Assembly: GCA_031835245.2 (NCBI GenBank)
Contig: JAVKOQ020000012.1
Location: forward strand, 62,001-126,000
Direction: 5' to 3'
DNA: 64,000 nt
Origin: Balamuthia mandrillaris
Lineage: Eukaryota
Shown: positions 12,433 to 26,523 of the stretch, piece by piece
How the letters are laid out: each line of letters starts with the position of its first letter
How positions within the stretch are numbered: position 1 is the first letter of the stretch
Translations under genes and position numbers: made by a program
Notes under the pieces: model-generated
Database searches by the model: none
Told to the model about the DNA's origin: nothing
What the model saw: only the letters and a program-made list of their open reading frames with translations

Positions 12433-15400
12433 TCATTCGTTGTGGCTGGGCGGTGGGGCACCGTGAAAAGCTTGCCATAAGCGCAGATTCCCGTTTTGGC
12501 TGACGATCCATACCTTGTGGCGCCGATCGATGAGCAAAGAGGCGGCGACTGACGGGGGTGCTCTTACGAGCAATGCACCTTGTAGCCGTTCCTCTCCTCC
12601 CGTTACTCTTACCAGAGTCATGCCCTGTTTTTTATTTTCGTTCAAAAGGGTTAGCGAATTACCATAAAATAAATAAAAATAAATAGAAATAAGGAGGGCA
12701 GTACCCGAACATCCCAAATGAGAATGGCACCATGCTGTGTCACGCCCCAGACGTAGCTTTCTTCTGTTTTGGCTTCTTCCCCTTCTTCTACTTCTTCCTG
12801 AAGGGAAGCGTTCGGTCCATCACAAAGTAGAGTCACCAGAGCAACAGAAGAAGCAGGAGCTGGAGCAGGGAGGTTGAGAGAGCTAGCTTGCTCTTGGCTC
12901 TTTTGATCCCATACAATGATGAGACCAGTTTCATCAGCACTCCAAACGCGTTGGCCCACTTCCACCAAGCAAACAACTTTTGATTCGTGTGAAACCAACG
13001 TTTTCTGGACTTTGCGAGTTAAAACGTCTATGATGACGAGTTCTCCATTTTGCAACCCGACCTGCAAACGAAAGAGAGAGTTAATCTATTAGCAAGAACC
13101 ACACGCCAAGAAGGAAGAAGAACTACGGTATTACCCAAACGCATTGTTGTCGCGATATCTGGTTTTGAGTGGAGATCACACAAGAGATAGCAGCTGGCAT
13201 ACACAAAACGTGCTTGGCTCGATTCTCACTGGTCGCCTTGCTCTTGGCTATCAACGAAGATGCAAAAGGAGCAGCCGGCAATATGCTAAGCTTGTCTCTA
13301 GCAGCCACCCAAACTTCCTCCTCCTCAGCTTCAACTTGACACATGTTGACCGATATGGAAGGAGAAGAAGAAGAGGAGGAAGCAGCAGCATCACTCTCCT
13401 CCTGTTCTGGTAGCACATTATGGATGGTGCGCAAGACCAGTCCCATCACATTCAAAACGACAATGATGTTTTCTTCTGGGTACATGCACCACACTGTGCA
13501 TGATAAGGATTGGTGAGGCGGTAGTTGAAGTGAAGGTGGTTGTGGCGCTTGCTGCCTGGTTGAATTCTTATCGAGGTAGACGGTGAGCATGGCTGATGGG
13601 GCTTTGCTTCGGCCTTCCACCTCAAAAGTTTTTATGAGGCTACCACTCTACACCAATTCAACGATTATATCACTGATAAGTTAATACAAACGGGAAGGAA
13701 GAAGGAATGAGTACCATAGCATGCCAAACATAGATCTTTCCATCAGTAGCTGCACTCCAAACCGTGTTCCGAGGCCGCAGGTGAACAAGACAACACACTT
13801 GGGCACCTTCGTGATGGGTCAAGACTTGTCCTGGATATGCAAGATTGAAGGCTTGCTGCTCCTCCTCCACCTGGCCTCCTACTTTTCTTCCTCCAGTCCC
13901 CAAAAATGCAGCAGCACTCGCTGCTGCTGCTTTTCTTCGCACGAAACTGCTGGTCATGGCACTCACCAAACTTTGATAACAGAACAACGACAGCGGCATG
14001 CTCTCTGCATCAGTTTTCGTAGTTGTAACTTGTTGCTCATTGCTGTCACCATCTGCGATCGGTGTTGTTATCGTTGTTATAGTTTCTTCTGCACGTGGTG
14101 AAGGAGAAGGAGAAGAAGGAGGAGAAGAACTGGGCGAAGGATGATCTGTGGTTGCATCAGTGGGACTAGTAGTGTGTTGTTGGTGTGGTGGATCTTCTTG
14201 CTCCTCTGGTTCCGTACTAAAAGCTTTATCATGCCCGTCATCACTTTGACCCTCAGACTCGCTTGCTTTCAATCTCGCTTTGAAACTGTTGCTGCGATGG
14301 AGGCTGGCTCTGCTGACACTGCGTTTGCCTCGTTTTCTGCCGACTCGCATTGTGGACCATCCTCTGTGGCCTTCTCCTGAACTTTCTCCTTTTGTTATGT
14401 CGTCCGTAGCTTTGGAAGCCGTAGAAGCTCTAGTTGCGGAAGAAGAAGAAGCAGAGGATGATGTAACGGAAATAGAAGCAGCAGCTGGGCTCTGAGATAG
14501 TTGTTCCGCTAAAGAGACAGGTTCTTGTGCAGCAGTTGCAGCAGTGGAGGTTTGCCAAATGGAGAGTCGGTACTTGCGCTTCTTCTCTTTCAGCTCCTTG
14601 CGAAGGAAGATTTCCATATAATCCTCGCTGGATTGCAGCTCCGGGAAGTAGCTTGCTACAATCTCTTTCAACCGTTGTACTACCACCTCGAAGGATGGTC
14701 GGCTTGCCGGTTGGTCAGCCCAACATTCATGCATCAGCGCGACATACTCCTCAACGCAGGGATGAGTCAGCGCTTGACTTTGGTGAGGATGATATTTTGA
14801 CTTGTCCATGTTATTGCTGTTGTTGTTGGTAGGAAGAAGGGATTCGTAGATATCAGGACGTCTTCCGGCTTTAACCAGATCCTCTATGTGACTCATGAAA
14901 CCAATGTCTGAAAAGAACGGTTTTCTGGCGGCCAGTTCGTAGAGTATCACTCCAAATGCGTACACGTCCTGTTATAATAACAATCCACGGACAATGAGCA
15001 GAGATCGAAACGGAGAGAGAGAGAGAGAGCGAGAGCGAGAGAGAGAGCGAGAGAGAGGAGAGTAAGAGATGAGAGGAGAGAGAAATGATGATGATGATGT
15101 ACCGCTTGGCATGAATGTCGCTTTCCTTGCAAGATTTCAGGAGCAAGCCACACTTTTGTCGCGTCAGGTCAGAATAATAGGGAAAGAAGAAGAAGAGGGA
15201 ACGACTTACAAGGATTATCAACCGTTCTGCCATTGAGAGTGGGAGCAACGCTGCTTGCTCCAAAGTCTGCCACTGTACCACACAAACGAGTTTGGGTTAA
15301 CTACAAAGTAAAGCAGGAGTAAAAGAGTATATAAAAAACCTTTTGCAACCACAGGAGAAGTTGGATCCAATGCTGCCAGCTGTTACACAATATATAAAAA

Positions 15401-18400
15401 TGCACATTGTTAAGTCGGCAAATAAAACTGAAGAAATGGCAAGAAAAGTAACAAAAAGAAGTACCAAAACGTTGGGACTCTTCAAGTCTCTGTGAATAAT
15501 GGAAGGAACAGTGGAATAATGCAAAAACTTCATGCCCTCTGCAACGTCCAAAGCTATCTTGAGCCGCAAGGGCCAGGATAAAGGATTGCCAGGTTCGTGG
15601 ATGTAATCATAGAGATTGCCGTGAGGCAACAACTCCGTCACTATACAATATTGTCCTTGTTCCATGCTCAGTCCTTTGAAAGACACTATGTTTGGATGTG
15701 AAAGACCACTTTTTGTTTTGCGAAAGCCATGAGTTAGTTTCCATCCGTTGCTAAAGAAATAACGAAGACGAAGGGAAGGAGGAAACCTCATCATCCAAAC
15801 TTCTCTTCTGAATTCGTTGAATATTCTATCAGGCAAACCGCGATAATAAGTATCACGGAACGGATTCAACGCACTTCGCTGTTTGTCGAATGTTTCGCTT
15901 TCCAGGCTCAGTGTATCCTCGCCTTCGAGGGCAGAAACCTCCCTCAAAGTGCCTTCTCCCTCCTCTCCTTCATCTTCTCTTCCATTGTTGTTGCTCTGTG
16001 CTGCTTCATTATGTCGAGGTAGCTCTTGTTGCAGTGACGGTGGTGCTTCTTCGATGGATGACAGGATCTTCACCGCCACCAACTCCTTTTGCCAAAGAGC
16101 ACTGTAAACAGTGGCATAGCCGCCCGATCCTATCTTCTCCTGTATCTTCAACTCGGAGAAGGGTATCTTCGCGACCTCTGCCATGGTTAGATCCGGCGTG
16201 ACAGCATCCAAGCGAACCAGCGTTGGCACTCTGCCGTTGGTGCAGCGAAGATAGGACTCCATGCTCATCGCTGCAGTTTGGCATTGCTCCAAAGAGAACA
16301 TGTGGCAGGCATCTATGGGCAAGCCTTGGAACAAACAGTGAGGACAGGGCATACTCACGTGAACATCTATCTTAAACCAATCCTGTGTTTGTTTTGTTTT
16401 TGTTAAATAAAGTAGCGAAGAGCAGAAACATAACAGGAGAGAAGGGAACGAGAAAACCGTACGTGGATGAAGGATTCTACAGACGCGGTGATCGCACAAA
16501 ACACGTCGACAGGATTGCATCCTCGCACAGAAACCTCCAGCATCCTCTTCCAATGATACAGCTCCAACTTCAACAGCAGTGGCCGCCGTTGCGCTGCTGA
16601 ATCTTCATCACCAGCACTATCCGCAGCCGCCACCGACGAAGAGGGCATCACTTTGGCCAACAGTCCATTCCTCCAAACAAGCTCTCCGACAGTGTTTTGA
16701 TTCAGCAATCGTACCATCAAATGGCCAAAGAAACCACTCGGAACAAATGACAAGCGATACAGTCTTGTCTGTTGTCGTATCGCTGATGATGGGTCATCAT
16801 TATTGAGGCTCTTAGCATCTCCTCCTTTTGCTCTCTCCATTTCAGAACCCGAGAGTGTAGATGGCCACGCAGATAACAGTTGAGGCGGACGTTCGTCTGG
16901 TAACAGCACTGGGATCAGGCTTCTGACAAAGGGTGATCCGTTCTCTTCCTCTTCATCCGCTTCTCCATGAGCATTTTCATCGATGGGCAAGAGAAGTTTG
17001 TTGAGGCGAGAGGTTGGAGACAGTCTATAAATGATCTCGAACTTTTCCAATAAGTTCAATAAAGGTTCATGCAGATGAGGAGGATAGAGAGGAGCGCGCC
17101 ATAAGTGTTGTAGGTCTTTATGGCGAAGTACTCCGCTTTTAATATATGTGTGTTTGGTCGTTATCACACTGCTCAACATTTCTGTCAACCACTGTTTAAA
17201 AGCGAGCAGCCTTAAGAATAAAGCAGAACGAGCTAAAGAGGAGGAGCAAGATAAGCAGGAACAAGAAGAGTACATACGTGAGGCGAAAGAATGAGAAGAT
17301 TCTTCAGGTTTTCATCTTCAGGGAGATAGACGATACTCCCAAGGTTATGCAGCAACTTGACATAATAAAAGACATCCTCTTCCTGCAAGATCTTACAAGT
17401 GTTGGCCACCACCTTAAGCTCCGTCCAAGTGAGCACCGGTGGAATCTTCTTGGCACGAAGCTTCAACAGCTCCTCCTCCAATAATAGCAACGACTTGGGA
17501 AACGGCTCTCCCAAGTGAGGCTGCGCAGCGATGATTTCCTTGACTGAGCGTCTCAGGTCCTTGATTCCTTTGCCGCTGGTGCAGCTGACGCCGATGGCAC
17601 GAGGGTAGAGCATGCTGGCAAACTGAGGGGCGAAGCGATGGAGCACGCGTTGGAGTTTGGCCTCGCCTGCTTCTTTGCTGCTGCACTCGTCCATGTGAGT
17701 GCCAACCAGAAGAACAGTGGCGTTGGCAGCACCCACCCGAGCCCTAATGGCCTCCAACCAATAATGCACGCGGCTGGTCTCCTCCGACTTGGCCACGTTC
17801 CAAACTAAGAGGTAGAGAGCTCTCTCAGAGAGGAAGAACTGGTGGGTACTGTAGTAGATCTCCTGCCCAGCAAAGTCCCAAACGGAGAGAGTGACCTTCT
17901 TTTTGCCTTCTGGTGGTGGTAAATGGACATTCATGCGCCATTCCTCGATGTCGATGCCGTCCGTGGATAGAGGAGGCGATTGGGGTTGCCAGAGGCGATG
18001 CCGCTTCTTGTTGTTGTTGCTGCTGTTTTTATGGGCAGAAGACTTGAGAGCAGCTAGAACGGACGTCTTGCCGACGTTCTCTTGTCCGACCACCAACAAC
18101 TTCATTCGATAACTGGGTGACTTGCCTCGAAGTAATTCACTGTTGAAATGGTTATTCTTTTTATCCATAGAAAGGAGAAAAAGAAAAAGAAGAAGCCGAA
18201 GCCGAAGCAGAAAAAAAAAAAAATAGCCGAGAGGCGAGAGGAGAGCATCTACCTTAACCAGAACAGGATTTCTTTGGTGTCATGCGTCTGCACAAACTGC
18301 TTGGAAGGCGACTTGAGAGTGGAATTGTCCCTCAACCGCAGTTCTCTAATGCTCGTAAGCGTGCCCAAGGGAGGCGGCAAAGTCACCAACTTATTGCCAG

Positions 18401-19994
18401 CCAACCCCAGCACCTGCAGCCGCGTTAGGTTCGCGATTGAGGTCGGTAGTTGGGTGAGTTGGTTGCCGTCCAGCTCCAACTTGGTGAGGCTGACGAGAGA
18501 GTCGCAAATGGCACCGGGCAAAGCCCCTGAGAGGGCGTTGTCCTTGAGATTCAACACCTCGAGGGCGGTCAGCTTGCAGAGCTGAGAGGGAAGGAGGGAG
18601 AGGGAGTTGGCCTCCAGCTCCAACACTTTGAGGGTGTTGGAGAGAAAGTTGAGAGGGACCTCGCGCAGGTTGTTGTGGTTGGCGCTCAGCGTGAGCAAAT
18701 GAGGGAGAAGCGGTCCTTTGTTGCTCTCTTCGGAGGAACCGGCTCTGGCTCTGGCTCTGGCGCCTCCTCCATCTTGCCTTATATCATCGTCATCTTCATC
18801 GTAGTCGTGAGGGAATAGAATCTCATTTAAATCCTCCAGTGATGGAGCAGGAGAAGAAGAAAGTGTTGTAGAGGGAGACGAGTCCACGGCAGTGATGTGG
18901 AATCGAGGTAAGGAACGTTGTTGTTTGTTCTTGTTGGTATTGTTGACGTTGATGTTATTGTTGTTATTGTTGTTGCTGTTGCTCAATGGACGGACCAAAT
19001 GTCGAAGTCGGTTCCAATCCACATAAAGCTTTTGAAGTTGGGAGAAGGCCTCAATGCCAGTCAAGTCCGTCAGCTCGTTGTAGCACAAGTTGAGGCATCG
19101 TAGGTTAGTCCATTGTCTCCCAAGGAGATGCATCATGAGCCGAGGAAAGGCCGTGAAGTGGTTGTGGTCGGCGTAAAGCTTCTTCAAGCTGGTTAGCTGG
19201 CCTAAACGAACGGGAAGATAGTTTATCTGGTTGTTGCTAAGCTTCAGTTGTTGAAGACGTTGACACCAATACGTTGTGTTGTTTTTTTGAGAGGAAGCAG
19301 AAGAAGCGGCAGAAGATGGAGAGAAGGAAACTGGAGAGCTGTTTTCTGAAGAAAAAGAAGAAGAAGAAGAAGAAGAAGAAGAAAAGGAACACATTTCAGG
19401 AACCAAGTTGAAATCGTAGACGATGTTGTTGGTAGTTTTATCTTTAAGAGCACCAACGTGCGGAGGCACGTAGGAAAGAAGCAAGTCGGATAGATCCAAA
19501 GCAGCAAAATCCATCTCGACCTGCGTTCTTACTTGCTTTTGAACGTGTATGTTCTGCCATCGAAGGTAGTAAGCGGAGAAAAGCTGAAGATGAGGCATCT
19601 CACAGAGAGGCCGTAATCTTCTTGGAGAGGAGAGGGAGGGTGAAGAAGGTGAAGAGGGGGCAAGAGGTTTGTTTGCTCCTCGTTTTATGCGTGAAGGAGC
19701 AGAGGAGGAAGACCGCACCCGCTCATAGAACGGATTGCGAAAGCACTCTTGGTGGCTGCTTTCCAGGAGGAAAGCCCAGAGAGAGTGAGTGTGGGTGGAG
19801 GCCAGCTCTCTGTCGATCTCTCCTGTGAAGCAGAAGCTGCCAAAGCGACAGGAGTAGAGAGAGTCCAGCAAGATGATCAGAAAGTCTTCGTTGAACTCAA
19901 AGGACAGAGGGTATTGCTGTGTCAGTTGCCACACACAATCTATAAACTGTTTTTTAAAAACAAAAAGTCCTTGTTAAGGGAGGTTTGGTGGAGG

Positions 19995-20040
<46 letters not shown>

Positions 20041-21175
20041 ACCGACCAATACGAATACATGCAGAGTTGAGGGGCGAGAAGTATCCAAGATGTGGTTGCA
20101 TTTCTCTGGAAAGTTATAACAGAACCGAATCCAGTCTTTCTCTAACAATACACAAAAGCCACGAAAGGTCCGGTAATATGGATCCAATAATATCTGAGCA
20201 ACTGAAGAGAGCTTCAAAACAAAAACGGAGAACCAATGAGTTTTAGAACAAATGTGTTGAAAAGTTCGTAGAGACAAACCGGAAACACGAGTTCGTTCTC
20301 CTCGTCACTTTCAAGAATGATAGAGTTGCCAGCTTCCAACATGTGGGCCATAGTATCGGCATAAGACATCACATCTCCAACTTGTTGTATCCATCCTGTT
20401 TGTTGCAACTTGTGGTGCCATCGCTCCGGTCTACATCCCCTCAAACACAGTTTCATCAACTTGGCAAAGCAATCAGCAATGTCATGCGGTGAGGACAAAG
20501 TAGATCCTCCAGAGCCTTGCTCTCCGCCTGATGTTGAAGAACAAGACGAGGAAGAAGAGGAAGAAGAGGGAGCAAAGATAAACAACTTGGAACGAGGGCT
20601 GGTTTGTCGAATGACGCTCATGAGGGGATCGGTTGTGGGTTGTTGTATTTCTTCCTCTTTCAGTATCGTTGAGGCTGAGGACGATGCAGAAATCGGTATG
20701 AAGAAGGAGGAAGAAGGAGGACTTCCTCCAGCTATTGATTGGTACGGAGAAGAAGAAAGAGAGGAAGCAGGAGAGGATATTGGTGAGGGAGAATGTGACC
20801 TCGTTGGTGAGTATCTGCCACCAGAAGAAGCCAACAGAGGTGCAGACAAGCTTTCAGTTCCGCTTGTCACACCAGTAACAGCGTCTTCTCGTTCAGCTCC
20901 ACCAAACACCTCTTTATCAGAGTCAGTCCGTTCAAACTGTTGTTGTTGTGGAACAGAGAGTGGGTGTGGCGATGAAGGTAGAGGAAGCGCACGAGGGGAT
21001 GCCTTTGTTCCGGCTCTACACAAGATGGCTTGAGTTTTAGCGTTGTACCACACGGGCACAGGAAAACATCCATTTTGTCGGTAGAGCGCGCTGCCTTCTA
21101 TTTGTCTGTCGCTCGCCTTTTGTGGCACTATACATCATGTAAGCACAAGAGAAAAGAGAAGAATGAATAAGAGAT

Positions 21176-21213
<38 letters not shown>

Positions 21214-22180
21214 ACCAAGAACAACAGAAGGATAAGAGGGGCATATAAGAAAGTTGGCATTGCAATTGCTGAAGCGCCATTGGGAAAGGAATCCATCAAG
21301 ATTGCTGTCATCGCCACATTGCCTCTGCACCTCCTTCACAATGTCATAAATGCCCCAACCAGAGTCCATCGGTCCTCTCTTTGGTGCTTGTTCTTCTTGT
21401 GGCTGCGGTTTTGTATTCTCGACTGTTTCCATGATCTGTACTTTTTTGCTCCGTGGAGCTCTTCCCTCTACTAATGAGGATAGTGATAGTGGGGATGATG
21501 ATGCATCTGTAGCACTACTTTCCATGTTAGAGTAAAGACTGTTGAGCCGTATCTGCATTTTAGCCGTTCCTGCTCGCATCCTGGAGTAGAACTCATCCGT
21601 CCCCTTACGTTTCAGTGTGGGGGGACAATCCACTACTATGTCTGGAGTTGCATTTGCATTGCTTGACCCTCCCACTTCCTCTACCTCCTTCGTTGCTCCT
21701 TCCGTTGTAACGTCTGGTTCTCCTCCCTCTTCCTCCTTTGTCTCGCTTTCTTGTTCTTGCTTTGTAGAACCTTTCCGTGGAGAAGACGATAAAGAAGATG
21801 AAGGAGACGAAGAATGTGAAGACGATGATGCCAACCTTTTGGCTTCGTTTTGCAGGCAATGGACTAGTCCACTTTGAAAGGCAAACGTTTCGTCTAGATA
21901 GTGGGGCAAAGCGTAGTTTAGAATGAAGTGCTGAATGTCCATGTGCTGTCGCTCTTTTGGCAGGAAAAAGGTGAGGTCCAAACGCCGAAAGTCCTTGCAC
22001 ATAATGGCCAGGCTCAATTGGGCGGTGTGAGTGGGGATATCCTTTGCTGTTTTTTTACGGATCCCTGCAAATGCAAAGGCTCTCGTCTGTTTGGTTTGTG
22101 CTTGTGAGAAAGGAGAGAAAAGAGAAAAGAGAAAAGAGAAAAGAGAAAAGAGAAAAGAGAAAAGAGAAAAGAGAAAAGAG

Positions 22181-22229
<49 letters not shown>

Positions 22230-24076
22230 AAAAGAGAGATGCAGAGAAAGCAGGAGAAAACCTTGTGTACAGACTCAATTGTTGTGAGCGGAACATCGAC
22301 AAAGTACAGCCTCCATTTTCCCTTAAGTACAAGATTGGCATGGTTCAGATACGAAAGAATGAGAGAGAGAGAGAGAGAGAGAAGAAACGGTGTGTACCTC
22401 AGTCAAGTCGAGAGGAAGTGTATATTCAGCTGGTAGGCGCACGTAACGCATTCTATAGTTGGTAAAGTACAAAGTGCCACAGGTGTCATTTACAAATACG
22501 GCATTGCTTGTCGTGGTAGTGGCAGTAGAAGAGGAAGACTGCGAAGGAGCAGCATTGTTTGAATGCCGTAGGGTAGAACCTCCAGATGTTGTTCCCTCTT
22601 CAAAGGTCACCAAAGGAAGTTCTTTGCCGTGGTAGGCCACATTCTGGATGACGTATCTCATTTTCTCTTCTGGGAAGAGGAGCGAGGTCACCATCTCGTG
22701 AAGGAGAACATCGTGTCTCACCCGTTTGTTGCGGAGTGTGAAGCTTCCTCTGCGACGTCCGTCGTCCTTGTTGTGTTCCGTCTAGGGGTAGAAGAGAAGA
22801 GAAAATGAGAGAGAAGTTAACCAGATAGAGCGGTGAACAGAAGAAGCAAGATTAAGACGAACCTCTACGGAGAGAGGAGGAGTGTACTCAAATCCGGTTT
22901 CGTAAAGGATGTAAGAGCCCAGAGGAGAGGTAGCACTCGATGAGGAAGAGGACGTGGTTAACAACTTCTTCTCCGAGGAAGGGCCTCCGATGGTGGATCC
23001 CGCCGATGCCAAAACGGAGCTCCCAGAAGAGGAGGACAACAAAGAGGCATAGCTGGAGCCTTCCGAACTCTTTCGGTGGGTCGCCCTGACGGAGAGGGTG
23101 CTTCTCAGCTCCGGGGAGGCTTGATAGAAAGCATGAGAGAAGGAGGCCCGGAGCTTCAGCTCGAGAGGGGACTCAACGCCTCCCCCTCCTCCACCTCCTG
23201 CTATGCCCCCCGCGGCTCCGCCTTCAAGGAAGGGATTGTTGGCATCGCGGCCTCTCAGCGTGGTGGCACGTTCGTCCGGGTATTTAGGATTTGGCTTTGC
23301 CTTTTTAGACACAGGAAGTTGAGCATCTTGTAAGTACACAATCCTCGCCTATTATTATTCTTCTGCTCCTTCTTCTGCTTCTGCTTCTTTCTTCTTGTTC
23401 TTCTTCTTCTTCTTCTTTTTCTTTTTCTTGTCCTTGTTCTTCTTCTTTGCTGCTTCTTCAGTCTTTTGTTTTTTTCTTTCTCTCCCAAACAAACAAACAA
23501 ACAAACAAACAAACAAACAAACAAACAAACAAACAAACAAACAAACAAACAAACAAACAAACAAACAAACAAACAAACAAACAAACAAACAAACAAACAA
23601 ACAAACAAACAAACAAACAAACAAACAAACAAACAAACAAACAAACAAACAAACAAACAAACAAACAAACAAACAAACAAACAAACAAACAAACAAACAA
23701 ACAAACAAACAAACAAACAAAACAAACAAAACAAACAAACAAAACAAACAAACAGAACAACTCACCGTAAGAGGGCGCGTAAGCCGTGTTTTGGCTTTGC
23801 GGAAGGTGCCATAACCCTTGCTTGTCTTGGTCAAGCAATGCAGGTCAGGACTGGAATTGGAGAGCTGCTGTCTGATGTCCTGTTTCTCCTTTTCTTTGTT
23901 TATCTGTTTAATGATCTCGCTAAAGGTCTTCTCCTTGGAGGGCATGTTCTTTGTGACGAAGCGCGGCGCGGATACCTCTGGCTTTCTTTCCAACCGAAGT
24001 ACGTCCTTTTGTTGAGCAAGAACCATTCATCAGCAGAGAGGAGAGAAACAGAATGAGAAAGAAGAGAATGGGAAAA

Positions 24077-24113
<37 letters not shown>

Positions 24114-24806
24114 AACCATGGTGGAAAGGCCAAAACACTTCATGAAGGAGAAAGGTGACTGGAACATGTCCACGGACTGAGCAGGGTCCCACAGGTAGCA
24201 AGAAGCCCTCAACTCGTCCGCCTCTCCCGTCAAGCACAGCTTCTTGGCGATCTGTTGCAGGGCATCCTCCACGCAGCTCTCTGGCGAGAGCTTAATGGTG
24301 ACCTTCGAGGGCAACGCCTTGCCGCAAAACTCTTCTCCCAGTTTCACCTCCACACGCAACAAAAGGTCCGATCGTTTGGAAGAGGAGGAGGAGGCAGTGG
24401 CAGCCGCCTCTTTCTTCTTAGTATTGCTCTTTGCCTTTTCCCCATCTTGCTGCGCTTCTGACTCTCCCTCTTCTTCCTCTTCTTCCTCTTCTTGCTTTGC
24501 TGAAGACTTGCGGTTGGCCACGATGGAGCCAAGCATGCTTCTTCGCTTGGCGCGCGGGTCGTCTCCCTGGCTGTTGCTGTTGTTGTTGCCGCCAAAGTGA
24601 CGGGGATCGGAGGCCGTTCCTCCTCCTGCTTCTCGAAGGAGAAGGCTGGCCGCGTCGGAAGAATGGCGAACCTTTCGGTAGTTCTTTAGCCTCTGCTTTC
24701 GCGTGCTCTTCTTGTTCTTCTTCGGCTTTGTTGCTGGGGAGGAGGAGGAGGAGGAGGAGGCGCGTTGTTGGTTGGAAGCTGTTGAACCAACACCACCTCC
24801 CTCCAT
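12433..24806 (-). CDS. Roco family kinase, Pats1-like: ubiquitin-like domain, GRAM/myotubularin, LRR, Roc, COR, TKL kinase, WD40-like C-terminus; multi-exon
   Basis: Myotubularin (ICPSYP, LLDPYYRTFRGF, QYPLSFEFNE), LRRs, Roc (GQENVGKTS, WDFAGQEIYYSTHQFFL, VGTHMD), COR, kinase (IGSGGYATVY, VAVK, FRREVWMM, HRDLKSPN, DFG, WLAPE). Same domain order as Dictyostelium Pats1. Confidence 0.92.
23487..23752. repeat. (CAAA)n microsatellite, about 265 bp, intronic
   Basis: Near-perfect tetranucleotide array in an intron of the Roco gene. Confidence 0.97.
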
Positions 24807-25276
24807 TTCGTTCTATCTCTCCTTTGCTATGTTCCTTTTTTCCTACTTATCGTTTTAGCTTTGAATGAAAAAAATAAAAAGGCTGTAACCACCGGTTGCT
24901 ATCTCACCAAAGAAGAGCATTACGCTGTATATTAACATATCATCATGAATTGAGATTGGAGGAAGCCAATTACGGATGAAAAATGTCTATAATTTCGCGC
25001 TCTATCCCTCGTTATAAGCAGCCGAAAGTTGGCCTGGGGTCGATTCCCCAATGTAACACGAGGGTTCAACCCGTTCACCATACTATCTTACGCGAATGGG
25101 ACCGGTTCCGGAGAGCACGGCCTAATTGTCTACATTCCGTGCCTTTGAGCCCTGCTCTACTGACCTTTTACGATTCGCAATTTCAAACACCAAAAAAATT
25201 GTCTTCTAAGAAAGAGAGAAAAGAGAACAACGCGGTGAGCCTTCTCCCCATTTTTTTTTTAAAAAAAAGATCTCTG

Positions 25277-26047
25277 ATGACGAGCGGCGTGGGGCTGAGT
25301 GTAACCAGGCTGCGGGACCTACGAGGGGTGTTCCTCTGCCTGGCCATCGCGAGCGCCATGAACTGGGCCTTCTTCTACGTGGGCTACAACTGGTCCTACG
25401 ACGAGGGCTACCGGGAGGGCTTCACCGAGGGGTTCAACGACGAGCTGGAGGCGCAGCTCAGCAAGGCCCAGGCCAAGCTCCGCGCGATAAGGCATGAAGC
25501 CCAGACCGATGTGGTGCAGCGCCTCTTCCAGGACACCAAGCCATACATCACTAAGATCGCCGAGCTGGAGGAGGAGCTGCACAAGGCCCAAAAGGCCGCC
25601 CTCGAGATCAAATGGGACTGCGTCAGCTACTGCAAGAGCGAGGAGCGGAGGCGCCGCCAGGAGGCCTTGAGGGAGGGTACGGAGGAGAGGGAGAAGCGGC
25701 TGGAGAAGGAGTGGCAGGAGGTGGAGGAGGCCCAAGCCCGCTTGAGGCAGCGGCAGCAGGCGCTGGAGGAACAGATGGAGAGGGAGAGGATGCAGCTGGA
25801 GCAGGTGAGGATGGCCAGGGAGAAGGTCGGGTGGAACACCGTCCACCCCAATGCCAAGAAGAAGGGCGGCAGGGACGTGCCTCTCTCTCAGCTCATTAAT
25901 AACTATCAGAAGCAGGAAGGAGAGGAAGAGTTTGAAGAAGATTTTGAGGAGGAAGCTCCTGGACCTTTTGGAGAAAAGTTCGAGGAAGGAGAACAGGAAG
26001 AACAAGAACAAATAGAAGAAGAAGACCCATTCGCAGGAAGGTACTGA
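25277..26047 (+). CDS. Uncharacterised single-pass membrane protein with coiled coil and acidic tail; intronless
   Basis: Strong GC3 coding bias from ATG 25277; hydrophobic segment VFLCLAIASAMNWAFFYVGY then E/R/Q-rich heptads. Confidence 0.7.
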   Translation: MTSGVGLSVTRLRDLRGVFLCLAIASAMNWAFFYVGYNWSYDEGYREGFTEGFNDELEAQLSKAQAKLRAIRHEAQTDVVQRLFQDTKPYITKIAELEEELHKAQKAALEIKWDCVSYCKSEERRRRQEALREGTEEREKRLEKEWQEVEEAQARLRQRQQALEEQMERERMQLEQVRMAREKVGWNTVHPNAKKKGGRDVPLSQLINNYQKQEGEEEFEEDFEEEAPGPFGEKFEEGEQEEQEQIEEEDPFAGRY

Positions 26048-26136
26048 ATAATAATCGTACTAAAAATAAACAGAGCAGCAGATATACCAGCAGAGAAGCG
26101 CTCTCCAGTTGGGTTCTGTTTGCTCCTCTTCACCTT

Positions 26137-26341
26137 CTCTCTCTCTCTGCCTCTCTGCTCTCTGCTCTCTGCTTGCTCTCTGCTCTCTGCTCTCTGCTCT
26201 CTGCTCTCTGCTCTCTGCTCTCTGCTCTGCTCTCTGCTCTCTGCTCTCTGCTCTGCTCTCTGCTCTCTGCTCTCTGCTCTCTGCTCTCTGCTCTGCTCTC
26301 TGCTCTCTGCTCTGCTCTCTGCTCTCTGCTCTCTGCTCTCT

Positions 26342-26380
<39 letters not shown>

Positions 26381-26407
26381 TTCTCTTTCTCTTTCTCTTT
26401 CTCTCTA
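26137..26407. repeat. (CTCTG/CTCTCTG)n array merging into (CT)n
   Basis: Mixed 5/7-bp pyrimidine-rich units between two convergent genes. Confidence 0.95.
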
Positions 26408-26523
26408 TTGGCAAGAAATGACTGGTAAAGCAAGTAATAGAGTTGAAGGGTGTGTCATACCCGCGCTCTCGCTTCTCTCGTTTGCAAGAAATGACTTGTA
26501 TAACAAGTAAAAGAGTTGATTGT

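Noticed and set aside
23255..24056. ORFs encoding (FVCL)n or (TNKQ)n
   Set aside because: Translations of the intronic (CAAA)n microsatellite.
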